From NCBI GenBank assembly GCA_964637155.1, contig CAZWWD010000001.1, positions 1 to 56,593 on the forward strand: DNA of 56,593 bases. The letters run 5' to 3'. This DNA comes from an uncultured Candidatus Bathyarchaeia archaeon. GTDB taxonomy: Archaea; Thermoproteota; Bathyarchaeia; Bathyarchaeales; DTEX01. Made by a program: the position numbers and the translations under genes. Below, in pieces: positions 28,070 to 36,136 of this stretch (the first letter of the stretch is position 1; every line of letters starts with the position of its first letter). The notes below the pieces were generated by a model that was given only the letters and a program-made list of their open reading frames with translations, made no database searches and had not been told where the DNA came from.

Positions 28070-28579
28070 TTGAAAATAGCCTTATGCGGTTACCTAGGTT
28101 CCGGATGCACCGAGGTTGCTGAAATACTTGCAGGGAAACTGGGATTAGAGGTCATAAATACGAGTAGAATACTCACGACGATAAAGAATTTTGAGGCGCT
28201 GAGCAGATCCGGTGAAATCGACGTTGATTTACTAATAAAAGATAAGCTCGATGAAATCTTGCGGAGAGACAACATCATAATTGAAGGTAGATCAGCCTTC
28301 TTCCTCATAGATAGAAAAGACGTGATAAAAATATTCTTGAATTCCTCATTTGAGGAGAGAGTTAAACACGTGGCGAGTAGAAGAGGGATTTCAGTGGATG
28401 AGGCACGTCAAGACGTTGAAAGAAGCGATAAAGACCGAAATGGCATCCTCCAGAAGTTTTTCAAGAAAGACAGAGTAGATCCCTCAGACTTTGATTTTTC
28501 GATAAAAACGAACTCAAAAACGTTCGCGCGGATAGCGGACATAATTGCCGAGGTCATTAAAAACCTCTCTGCCTCATAA
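28070..28579 (+). CDS. Cytidylate-kinase-like family protein with degenerate P-loop
   Basis: 169 aa. N-terminus CGYLGSGCTEVAEILAGKLG resembles the kinase P-loop but has Cys where the Walker-A Lys belongs. TTG start. Confidence 0.55.
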   Translation: MKIALCGYLGSGCTEVAEILAGKLGLEVINTSRILTTIKNFEALSRSGEIDVDLLIKDKLDEILRRDNIIIEGRSAFFLIDRKDVIKIFLNSSFEERVKHVASRRGISVDEARQDVERSDKDRNGILQKFFKKDRVDPSDFDFSIKTNSKTFARIADIIAEVIKNLSAS

Positions 28580-28646
28580 TTTGACGCAGTTTTCCTTCCA
28601 TTTCTCCTCCATTTTTTGATTTTAAAATGGTAGGTGCAATCTTGTC

Positions 28647-29927
28647 ATGATGATTAAAATTCCTTACGGAAAATCCTCCGTTAACCTAGATTTACCCGAT
28701 AAAAATGTGCTGGCAGTCTTACGTTCCATCGAGTTTGGTGAATCCGTAAATGAATCAGAAATTGTTAGGAGAGCATTGAACAGGCCTCTGGAAAGCGATC
28801 CGCTGCAGCATATAGCCCCAAAAAAGGAGAAAATATGTATCGTGGTAAGCGACTATACTAGAGCTACGCCGAACAAAACTCTTATTCCGCCGATAATTGA
28901 GGCTCTTAAAAAGTCCGGTCGAAAAACAGGGGACATAAGCATTTTGGTGGCTAACGGCCTTCACAAGCCAGCTTCCCAAGGAACGCTCAAAGAGTTTTTA
29001 GGTGAAGAGATCGTTGAGGAATTCGAGATTATAAATCATGATGCTGAAAATAAGGAGAATTTAGTTTATCTTGGTGAAACCTCTTTTGGAACGAAGGTTT
29101 TAGTTAACCGCCTTGTAACCCAATCAGACCTCGTAGTGCTTACTGGGTTAATTGAACCCCACTTTTTTGCCGGATACAGCGGCGGAAGAAAAGCCATTTT
29201 ACCCGGAGTAGCCGGTAAAGAGACAATTTTCGCCAACCACAGCTATGAAATGATTATGCATCCGCTCTCACGTTATGGGGTGCTTGACGGAAACCCTATT
29301 CACGAAGATATGGTTGAAGCCGCAAAAATGTTAACAACCCAAAAGTACTTGGTTAACGTTGTAATTGACAGGAGACATAAGGTTATTGGAGTCTTCGCCG
29401 GCGACGTCTTCAAAGCCCACGTGGAAGGCGTCAATTTCCTAAACAAGTACATTAGGGTTAACGTTCCATCGAAGGCGAATATTGTGATAACAAGTAACGG
29501 CGGCTACCCCCTGGACAGAGACTTATATCAGGCCGTTAAGGGTATGGCGACAGGTGAACTAATCGTTAAGAAGGGGGGAGCAATAGTAGTTTTTGCTGAA
29601 TGCATTGACGGAGTTGGGAGAGGACACGAAATATTTTATAGGCTTATGGCGGAGGCAAAGACGCCTGAAGAAGTCCTGGAGAGAATAAAACGTGAGGAAC
29701 CAATTAAGGATCAATGGGAAGCCCAAATACTGGCTAGAATACTGAAAAACTCAGAAGTTATCCTCGTAACCAAAAACATAAAGCACAGCGTGATAGAGGA
29801 AATGCATATGACTCCGGCGTCAAGCCCTGAGGAAGCCGTGGAGGAGGCATATCGAATAGCCGGTAAAGAATCAAAAATCATTGTTGTTCCCGAGGGACCA
29901 TACGTTATACCGGCGGTTAAACCCTAA
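28647..29927 (+). CDS. larA: Nickel-pincer-dependent lactate racemase family protein (LarA-like)
   Basis: 426 aa. EPHFFAGYSGGRKAILPG and NGGYPLDRDLYQAVKGM are LarA/DUF2088 hallmarks. Confidence 0.8.
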   Translation: MMIKIPYGKSSVNLDLPDKNVLAVLRSIEFGESVNESEIVRRALNRPLESDPLQHIAPKKEKICIVVSDYTRATPNKTLIPPIIEALKKSGRKTGDISILVANGLHKPASQGTLKEFLGEEIVEEFEIINHDAENKENLVYLGETSFGTKVLVNRLVTQSDLVVLTGLIEPHFFAGYSGGRKAILPGVAGKETIFANHSYEMIMHPLSRYGVLDGNPIHEDMVEAAKMLTTQKYLVNVVIDRRHKVIGVFAGDVFKAHVEGVNFLNKYIRVNVPSKANIVITSNGGYPLDRDLYQAVKGMATGELIVKKGGAIVVFAECIDGVGRGHEIFYRLMAEAKTPEEVLERIKREEPIKDQWEAQILARILKNSEVILVTKNIKHSVIEEMHMTPASSPEEAVEEAYRIAGKESKIIVVPEGPYVIPAVKP

Positions 29928-30010
29928 ATGCTGGCCAAGCCTTTTTAAATTTAACCGTAACATATATAGGTGAAATCCTTATACTTTAAGGGTTAAAGTA
30001 AAATATGAAA

Positions 30011-30029
30011 CTGAAACACGTGTTGATGA
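30011..30029 (+). promoter_or_regulatory. Candidate K-loop (D'-like CUGA, 9-nt spacer, C'-like UGAUGA) in the L7Ae 5' leader
   Basis: CUGA 30011-30014 and UGAUGA 30024-30029, directly upstream of the GAGG(U) SD-like element and the start codons at 30036-30047. A/T-rich TATA-like run at about 29941-29952. Confidence 0.4.
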
Positions 30030-30035
30030 GGTTGA

Positions 30036-30419
30036 GTGATGGATATGTCGAAACCATTCTACGTTAAGTTTGAGGTTCCAAGCGAAGTGGTGAACGCCAC
30101 CTACGAAGCGGTGCAGATAGCTGCTAGAACAGGGAAAGTCCGTAGGGGAACAAATGAAACCACAAAAGCCGTGGAAAGAGGATTAGCCAAGCTAGTCATA
30201 ATAGCTGAGGACGTTGATCCACCTGAGGTTGTTGCGCATCTACCCCTCCTCTGCGAGGAGCGGAAAGTTCCCTACACCTATGTTCCAAGCAAAGCTAAGC
30301 TAGGTTCAGCGGCTGGAATAGAGGTTTCAGCTGCTTCAGCATGCATAATCGACCCTGGGGAAGCCGCAGACCTAGTCAAAGAGATTATAAATAGAATCGA
30401 GAAGATTAAAGGAGGCTAA
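30036..30419 (+). CDS. rpl7ae: Ribosomal protein eL8 / L7Ae (K-turn binding protein)
   Basis: [10 protein letters not shown]...[17 protein letters not shown]...[11 protein letters not shown] signature. The true start is probably ATG 30039 or 30045. Confidence 0.95.
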   Translation: MMDMSKPFYVKFEVPSEVVNATYEAVQIAARTGKVRRGTNETTKAVERGLAKLVIIAEDVDPPEVVAHLPLLCEERKVPYTYVPSKAKLGSAAGIEVSAASACIIDPGEAADLVKEIINRIEKIKGG

Positions 30420-30424
30420 ATCTT

Positions 30425-30664
30425 TTGAGCCGCAGGGGGGCAAGAGAAGCCAAAGGAGCCGAAGAAGAGGTTTTAACGCCGGCTGAGGTCATCCAAATAG
30501 TGGGTCGAACCGGAGTAACCGGGGAAATAGAGCAGGTTAGAGTCCGCATACTTAAAGGACCGGATAAGGGTCGAATAATAACGAGAAACGTTAAAGGACC
30601 AGTTAGGTTAGGCGATATCTTAATGCTGCGGGAGACGGAGAGGGAAGCTAGAAAAATAAAGTGA
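30425..30664 (+). CDS. rps28e: Ribosomal protein eS28 (S28e)
   Basis: [57 protein letters not shown]. 79 aa. TTG start. Confidence 0.93.
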   Translation: MSRRGAREAKGAEEEVLTPAEVIQIVGRTGVTGEIEQVRVRILKGPDKGRIITRNVKGPVRLGDILMLRETEREARKIK

Positions 30665-30740
30665 GGTGAACTGGAAGTTTCCGTTAGGCTATGAGAATGC
30701 TTAAATAGTCATCAATCACCCTTATATGGAGATGAGATAG

Positions 30741-30962
30741 ATGCCCAGACCTAGACGATGCTCATTCTGCGGCCACGAATTCAATCCGGGAACAGGAATA
30801 ATGTACGTTAATAATGATGGTACAATACTATGGTTCTGCTCAAGTAAATGTAGGAAGAACCATCTTGTTTTAAAGCGTGATCCCCGCAAATTAAAGTGGA
30901 CAGCCTACTATGGGCGGGAGGAAAGAGCTAGGAGAGAAAGGGCTTCATCGGTGAGAATCTAA
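30741..30962 (+). CDS. rpl24e: Ribosomal protein eL24 (L24e)
   Basis: [17 protein letters not shown]...FCSSKC zinc-ribbon signature. 73 aa. Confidence 0.93.
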   Translation: MPRPRRCSFCGHEFNPGTGIMYVNNDGTILWFCSSKCRKNHLVLKRDPRKLKWTAYYGREERARRERASSVRI

Positions 30963-30976
30963 TTTTAGTTCCCTTC

Positions 30977-31318
30977 CTAGAAGAGTGGTGGCACAAAAAC
31001 CGTTAGAACCGTTAGTGGTTCAATAACCTCCAGTATGCTATGCTTCACCCCCCTAGGGACATAAGTAAATGTTCCTCTAGTTATTTCCTTCTCGCCTAAT
31101 CCCTCAATAAACATTATTGCTTTTCCTTCAATGCAGTATTCTATTTGATCACTCTCGGCATGCGCGTGCATTTCAATCCTTTCGCCTCTATTAAGCTTGC
31201 TCAGCCTAACACTAGCGGTGGAAGATTCGCTTTTGGAGAGAAAAATTTTCGTGGGAAACGGTCCTTCACCACTAAAGGACAATTCACTCTCATATCGGAT
31301 TACCGGTTTCACCATCAT
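30977..31318 (-). CDS. Cupin-domain protein
   Basis: 113 aa. IEMHAHAESDQIEYCIEGKA ... VPRGVKHSI matches the two-motif cupin pattern. Confidence 0.7.
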   Translation of the reverse strand: MMVKPVIRYESELSFSGEGPFPTKIFLSKSESSTASVRLSKLNRGERIEMHAHAESDQIEYCIEGKAIMFIEGLGEKEITRGTFTYVPRGVKHSILEVIEPLTVLTVFVPPLF

Positions 31319-31380
31319 AGATCCCTCGCATAGATTTTTAGGAAACTAAAATTATTAAATCTTCCATATTATCCTACATC

Positions 31381-31395
31381 TTAAAAATAAAATTT
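31381..31395 (-). terminator. T-rich archaeal-type termination signal after the candidate RNA
   Basis: The minus strand reads UAAAUUUUAUUUUUA immediately 3' of the terminal helix ending at 31397. Confidence 0.4.
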
Positions 31396-31396
31396 A

Positions 31397-31623
31397 TCGT
31401 GGGCGCTTTGTGTTCCACGTAACTAACACCCAGCTTCACAGACGAGCGGGCTCCGCTCCCCTCTGCTGGGCTCTCTCATACGTGGAATTTTGCGCCCACG
31501 CCCGCCGTGTCCCGCATCTGGGTAAACTCTCCCTCATCGAAGACGATAACCATCCTCTCGGTTGAGCCCGTCTCTGCGGGCCCCTCAACGGGGTTCCGGC
31601 GGGATTAACGCTCGTTTCATCGC
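31397..31623 (-). ncRNA. Candidate structured sRNA with two K-turn hairpins each followed by ACA (H/ACA-like)
   Basis: G+C-rich island in a 369-bp gene-free gap. Complementary arms: 31397-31405/31491-31499, 31412-31420/31478-31486, 31428-31433/31464-31469, 31443-31448/31452-31457, 31500-31506/31596-31602 and 31510-31515/31574-31579. K-turn consensus and ACA occur only in the minus-strand sense. Confidence 0.55.
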
Positions 31624-31687
31624 CAAGAATATCAAGAATGTGAAAATCAAATAAACTTTACTCTCATTTAGCGATGAGGGGATTTCT

Positions 31688-33379
31688 CTAGCGTTGTAGA
31701 TGCCGCCATATTTCACTGAGGTTTATTTCTAATGCCGCCGCGGGGTTTTCCAGCCCCCAATTTTGTAGAACCTGCGGGTGTATCTCGCCTATTAAGCCTA
31801 TTTTTTCGCCCTTAACTATTATTGCTCCAACGCGCCCCTCAATAAAGCTTCCGTGGCTCTCCTCTTCTAGGCTGTACTCTAACCCTAGATTGGTGAACAG
31901 TGCGTCGAGAACCGATTTGGCTTCAGAGAACCCGGCGTTTGAGTGTATTGTTACGCATGCTAGCTTCTCTATGTCTCTTGACTTATTCATTTGGGTTTCA
32001 TCGTGAACAACGCAGTAGCCGACCTCAAAAATCCTCTGGGGATATTCAACATGCGTGTTGTGGCTTAGAAATTCCATGAGGGTTGGCAGAAGCCAGCTCC
32101 TCAAACACGTCATGGAGGAGACCTTCGGGTTCGCTATTTCAACAACCCTGCCAGATGGAATATTCATCCTCCCAAATAGAACCTCCGGGCTGGTTAGGGT
32201 GAAGGTTAAGACTTCCTGATAGCCTAAGCCAACCATGAGCTCCCTAACTAAATCACGTAGCTGGGTTTCCCGTAGCAGCCCCCCAACGGTTGATATTTGA
32301 GGCCACCTCGGCTGCATCCTGTTTAAGTCGTAGGCTATGGCTATGTCCTCAACTATGTCGATGGGATGCATTATGTCCGGCCGGTAACATGGGATTTCAA
32401 CAACAACTTCGCTTTCCGTTGCTTCAGCAACCCCATACCTAGCTCTCTCCAAGAGATCCACGATTTCCTTAAGACTTAGGGGGATCCCCATAACTTTTCT
32501 TACGTATTCGATCTTCAGATGCATCTTCTCAGTTTTAAGGTCCGGGGTTACTATGGTTCCCAATCCCTCATAGGGGTAGTGGACATCAACCGAGTAGATT
32601 GCTCCGCCCCTATCCGCCAGAGCCAATATAACGTTAATCAAAGTGTACAGAACAGTTTTGTACATTGTGCCTGTCACTTCAACCAGAACGTTTCTCGTAT
32701 CCACCGTTACCCTTCCAAGATCATTTGAGTTGATTATCGGCGGAAAAGACAGCACTTTACTCTTTGAATCTATAAAGATGGGCCAAACATCAAATGGCCT
32801 AACTATGTGCCCATACTCTATTCCCTTTGGATGCTTCTCGAGGATTTCAGCCAAGGTTAGCTCTTCACTGAAGCCTAACGGAGTGAATCTTATTTCGTTA
32901 GGCTTGGAAACCGTATAGCGTAGCGGAGGTGAAACCAGATCAAAATCGTAGATGCCGATTGATGTTCGACGTCTACCCCGCCCATAAGTCTGATCCATCT
33001 TGTCCTGAAAACGCATGATATGCCGTATGGCGGCGTCGCTTAATTTAACGCCCTTAACGACGGCGCATGCGATGTAGGGGCGTATGTTCTTTAAGCGTTG
33101 ATCAACAGTGATTTCAACCCCGGATTTCCCGGCCACCTCATAGCGCTTTAGACCCCTCTCAATGTTTAATATGCCTCGTAGCGCCCGCGCTATTCCCTCA
33201 ACACCCCACAAATCAGCGCGATTGCTGTCTTTAATATCTATGTAAATTTCCTCTTCGTCTATGTTTTTGACTTCACCTTTAATGAAGGATAGTATTTCAT
33301 CAAGCTTTTCAGAGTCATCAGGCAATTTTCTGCCTAGAAGAATCTCTAAATCCCTGCGTTCAACCTCTATCGTCGGCAT
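31688..33379 (-). CDS. pheT: Phenylalanyl-tRNA synthetase beta subunit
   Basis: 563 aa. Archaeal PheT layout (B1/B3-4/B5 and catalytic-like C-domain). Starts 1 nt after the pheS stop. Confidence 0.9.
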   Translation of the reverse strand: MPTIEVERRDLEILLGRKLPDDSEKLDEILSFIKGEVKNIDEEEIYIDIKDSNRADLWGVEGIARALRGILNIERGLKRYEVAGKSGVEITVDQRLKNIRPYIACAVVKGVKLSDAAIRHIMRFQDKMDQTYGRGRRRTSIGIYDFDLVSPPLRYTVSKPNEIRFTPLGFSEELTLAEILEKHPKGIEYGHIVRPFDVWPIFIDSKSKVLSFPPIINSNDLGRVTVDTRNVLVEVTGTMYKTVLYTLINVILALADRGGAIYSVDVHYPYEGLGTIVTPDLKTEKMHLKIEYVRKVMGIPLSLKEIVDLLERARYGVAEATESEVVVEIPCYRPDIMHPIDIVEDIAIAYDLNRMQPRWPQISTVGGLLRETQLRDLVRELMVGLGYQEVLTFTLTSPEVLFGRMNIPSGRVVEIANPKVSSMTCLRSWLLPTLMEFLSHNTHVEYPQRIFEVGYCVVHDETQMNKSRDIEKLACVTIHSNAGFSEAKSVLDALFTNLGLEYSLEEESHGSFIEGRVGAIIVKGEKIGLIGEIHPQVLQNWGLENPAAALEINLSEIWRHLQR

Positions 33380-33380
33380 A

Positions 33381-34889
33381 TCATATTATCTCCTTTTTTC
33401 TCAGCCACTCCAAATCATGAGTAAACAAGTAGCGTATGTCATTTATTCCAGCCTTCATCATGAACAAGCGGTCAACCCCCAGCCCCCAAGCCAGCACGGG
33501 AACATCTATGCCAAGCGGCAAAGTTACTTCTGGGCGAAATATTCCTGAGCCGCCGAACTCCATCCATCCATAACCCTCCTTATAGGCGGATAACTCGACG
33601 CTGGGCTCCGTGAATGGGAAATAGTCAGGTCTAAATCTAACCTTGTCCGCTCCAGCTATGTCAATGGCGAAGCGCTCAAGTATCCCCAGAAGATCACGTA
33701 ACGTCAAATCTTCGCCTACAACTATGCCCTCAACCTGATTGAACTCGCTTAAATGGGTTCTATCGACGAGCTCCGGCCTATAGCAGCGGGCAATAGCAAA
33801 ATATTTTCCAGGTATCTCTAGCTCATCGCTTAGCAGAGTTCTTATGCTCACGGCTGTTGTGTGACTGCGTAATATCAGCCTAGCCGCCATCAAAAGCGAA
33901 AAGGTGTAGCCCCAGCCTTTCGAGCCTGTCTTCCATCCGTTCTCATGGGTTTTCTTCACTTGCTCAAGGATCTTCTGATAGGGAGTTAAATCGCCGTATT
34001 CAGGATCCTTGATAAGATACATGTCATGAATTTCCCTGGCGGGATGATCCTGAGGCATATAAAGTCCATCGCAATTGAAGAAGCTTATTTCAACTATCGG
34101 CCCATTCATCTCCTTGAAGCCTAATGCAACGAGCTTCTCACGCATCTCATCTAGAAACCTCAAGTATGGATGCTTTTTGCCAGGCCATATTCGGGGAGCC
34201 GGAGCCCTAATATTATACTTTAGAATCTTTTTTTCACGCCATTTCCCAGTTACAATTAGCTCGGGTGTTAGCTGCGTTACCTCCTCAACCACCTTTATGC
34301 CTTTTCTGAGTAGCTCCCACCCACCGTCTGTTAGTTCAAGCTCCTTAATAGACTCCATGCGGGTTTCAATGATCCTTCTGCCTCTAAGCATTTTGAATGC
34401 AGCCTTCAATTCCTCATCTAATTCTTCAACGGTTAATGTTCCAGCCGCCTTAAGCATCAGTAAGAGCTTTTCATCAGCCCCCGGCTCCGGGGTCTTCAAA
34501 AGTTTAATTTTCCGCTCCTTTGAATCTATTTTAGCCCAGCCCTTCCGTGCAAGCCAACCTAAAGTTATTGCAGCCATCCTATTTTCAATAGCTGCCTCCT
34601 TCAATACATCTCCGATCGCGGCTTCCCCACCCATCTTGATTAGGGCTTCAAGTAAACGTCTCTCCGGTAGCCCCCTTTCAGCGTATTCCCTGCCCTCCTC
34701 ATTTAATTTGAATCTAGTGATCTTTCTCTCGTGGATCTTCACAAGGTTTTTTGCTTCAAGCGATAGAGCCGCCCGCATGATAGCGGCGTCCGCTAGACCG
34801 CTGGCCTCGGAGAGCCTGTTTAGCGTTGCTTTTCCACCTAGCTTCTTAAGTGCAAGAAGGGTTCTCCTCTCATTCTCGCGTAATTCCAC
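33381..34889 (-). CDS. pheS: Phenylalanyl-tRNA synthetase alpha subunit
   Basis: 502 aa. N-terminal wHTH repeats. Class II motifs HPAREIHDM, RCYRPE and FRPDYFPFTEPS...GLGVDR. Confidence 0.92.
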   Translation of the reverse strand: MELRENERRTLLALKKLGGKATLNRLSEASGLADAAIMRAALSLEAKNLVKIHERKITRFKLNEEGREYAERGLPERRLLEALIKMGGEAAIGDVLKEAAIENRMAAITLGWLARKGWAKIDSKERKIKLLKTPEPGADEKLLLMLKAAGTLTVEELDEELKAAFKMLRGRRIIETRMESIKELELTDGGWELLRKGIKVVEEVTQLTPELIVTGKWREKKILKYNIRAPAPRIWPGKKHPYLRFLDEMREKLVALGFKEMNGPIVEISFFNCDGLYMPQDHPAREIHDMYLIKDPEYGDLTPYQKILEQVKKTHENGWKTGSKGWGYTFSLLMAARLILRSHTTAVSIRTLLSDELEIPGKYFAIARCYRPELVDRTHLSEFNQVEGIVVGEDLTLRDLLGILERFAIDIAGADKVRFRPDYFPFTEPSVELSAYKEGYGWMEFGGSGIFRPEVTLPLGIDVPVLAWGLGVDRLFMMKAGINDIRYLFTHDLEWLRKKEII

Positions 34890-35008
34890 AGTTCGTTCAC
34901 CCTTTTTTCTAGCGGCAGCCTCCTCTAATACTACTGGATTGATTAATGTTTTAGAACTAATACTTAATTCTTCGCTTCATTAAAGCTTAATTGCCTAAAT
35001 TTTCTTTT

Positions 35009-36040
35009 CTAGAACCACGCCTCCAAAGTTCTCCTCGCCCTAGCTTTCCTCATTCCCCCGATAGCTTTCTCTAAGGCTTTGCGTACACGGCTCTCCGAGA
35101 AATCTTTCTCACCGCATAAGAAATCAATTACACCCTCAACATCCGGCTCCTTCCACTCTATCCTATAGTCATCCGTAACCTCCGGATGAAGGAATATCTC
35201 CCTTATTCTCGCCGGCTCAACCGGAAACTCAGCATTTTTTATTGCTGGTAAAGCCTTTTCTAGGCTTCCGTAGGTTTTTATGAGTTTAAGCGCGGTCTTC
35301 GGCCCTATGCCCTTAATGCCGTCAGGATTAAAGTCTGTTCCAATAAGTATACCTATGTCTATGAGTTGCTCACGCGTTATACCCAGCTCCTTAAGAACGC
35401 GATTCAATTCGATTATTTCCGGGACAACCTCAACATAAACTTTCTTTCGAGGAAGCTTCCTCCTGCCGGAAATCGTTAGATTTCTAAGCAAATGGGGTGC
35501 GCCGAACAATAGGCTATCGTAGTCTTGGCTTGCGCAGAAATCCGCATCCCCCCTCTTAACTAGGTGCGCTGCCTGCGCCTCTCCCTCTGAGGGAGCTTGA
35601 ACCCACGGCACACCCATCAAGGTCAATAAGCGCTTAGCGTCCTCAGTCATGTAATCCTTTAGGTGAGAGGTCATCTGCGCATACATCCGTGCCTCCTCAA
35701 TTCTCCCCTCCTTCAAGGCAATCTCATACTTTTTTACTGCTTCTTCCTTAACGCGCATTCTCCTCTTAATTTCAGCCTCCTTCAAGGCCGGTGGGGTTCC
35801 ATCGAAAACATATATGACTTTTATACCCAGCTCAAGCAGATTACATGTCCTATAGAATAAACCGCTTAGGTGGCTTGTGACTTTCCCGGTGTGATCCATC
35901 AGCGGGGTTCCATCAGGCTGCCTGATTATTGCGAGAAACTGATAGAGTGCGTTGTAGGCATCTATAGCCACAGTTTTACCGCTGAGACTCTTTAAATCGA
36001 CTTGTGTTTTAGGTATCAAATCGCCTAAATCGACGCCCAT
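35009..36040 (-). CDS. fen: Flap endonuclease 1
   Basis: MGVDLGDL start (internal Met of ORF 35009..36058). AIDAYNALYQF, VFDG and GIGPKTALKLI (H3TH) motifs. C-terminal PIP-like TLEAWF. Confidence 0.92.
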   Translation of the reverse strand: MGVDLGDLIPKTQVDLKSLSGKTVAIDAYNALYQFLAIIRQPDGTPLMDHTGKVTSHLSGLFYRTCNLLELGIKVIYVFDGTPPALKEAEIKRRMRVKEEAVKKYEIALKEGRIEEARMYAQMTSHLKDYMTEDAKRLLTLMGVPWVQAPSEGEAQAAHLVKRGDADFCASQDYDSLLFGAPHLLRNLTISGRRKLPRKKVYVEVVPEIIELNRVLKELGITREQLIDIGILIGTDFNPDGIKGIGPKTALKLIKTYGSLEKALPAIKNAEFPVEPARIREIFLHPEVTDDYRIEWKEPDVEGVIDFLCGEKDFSESRVRKALEKAIGGMRKARARRTLEAWF

Positions 36041-36136
36041 TATAAATCTACTCTCCAAAAAGAAACTAAATTACATTGAAAGATAAAAAAATAATGTGAG
36101 ATTGAATCAGAAAATAAAGAACTTTTCTGTTAGAAG

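Noticed and set aside
31397-31623. Whether the G+C-rich RNA island is SRP (7S) RNA, RNase P RNA, 5S rRNA or an intron-containing tRNA
   Set aside because: I could not find the SRP helix-8 pattern (GNAR tetraloop flanked by the conserved AGCA-type loop). The RNase P CR-I/CR-V strings (GAGGAAAGUCC, ACAGAA...GGCUUA-like) are absent. There is no T-loop (GGTTCRAATCC) and no 5S-like sequence. The length (about 0.2 kb) is also short for archaeal SRP or type-A RNase P RNA. This is by eye only; a covariance-model scan is needed.
34075-34983. 302-aa ORF on the + strand opposite pheS
   Set aside because: Ser/Phe/Ile-rich low-complexity translation with no motifs, fully antisense to a well-supported pheS gene. 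This is a typical shadow ORF.
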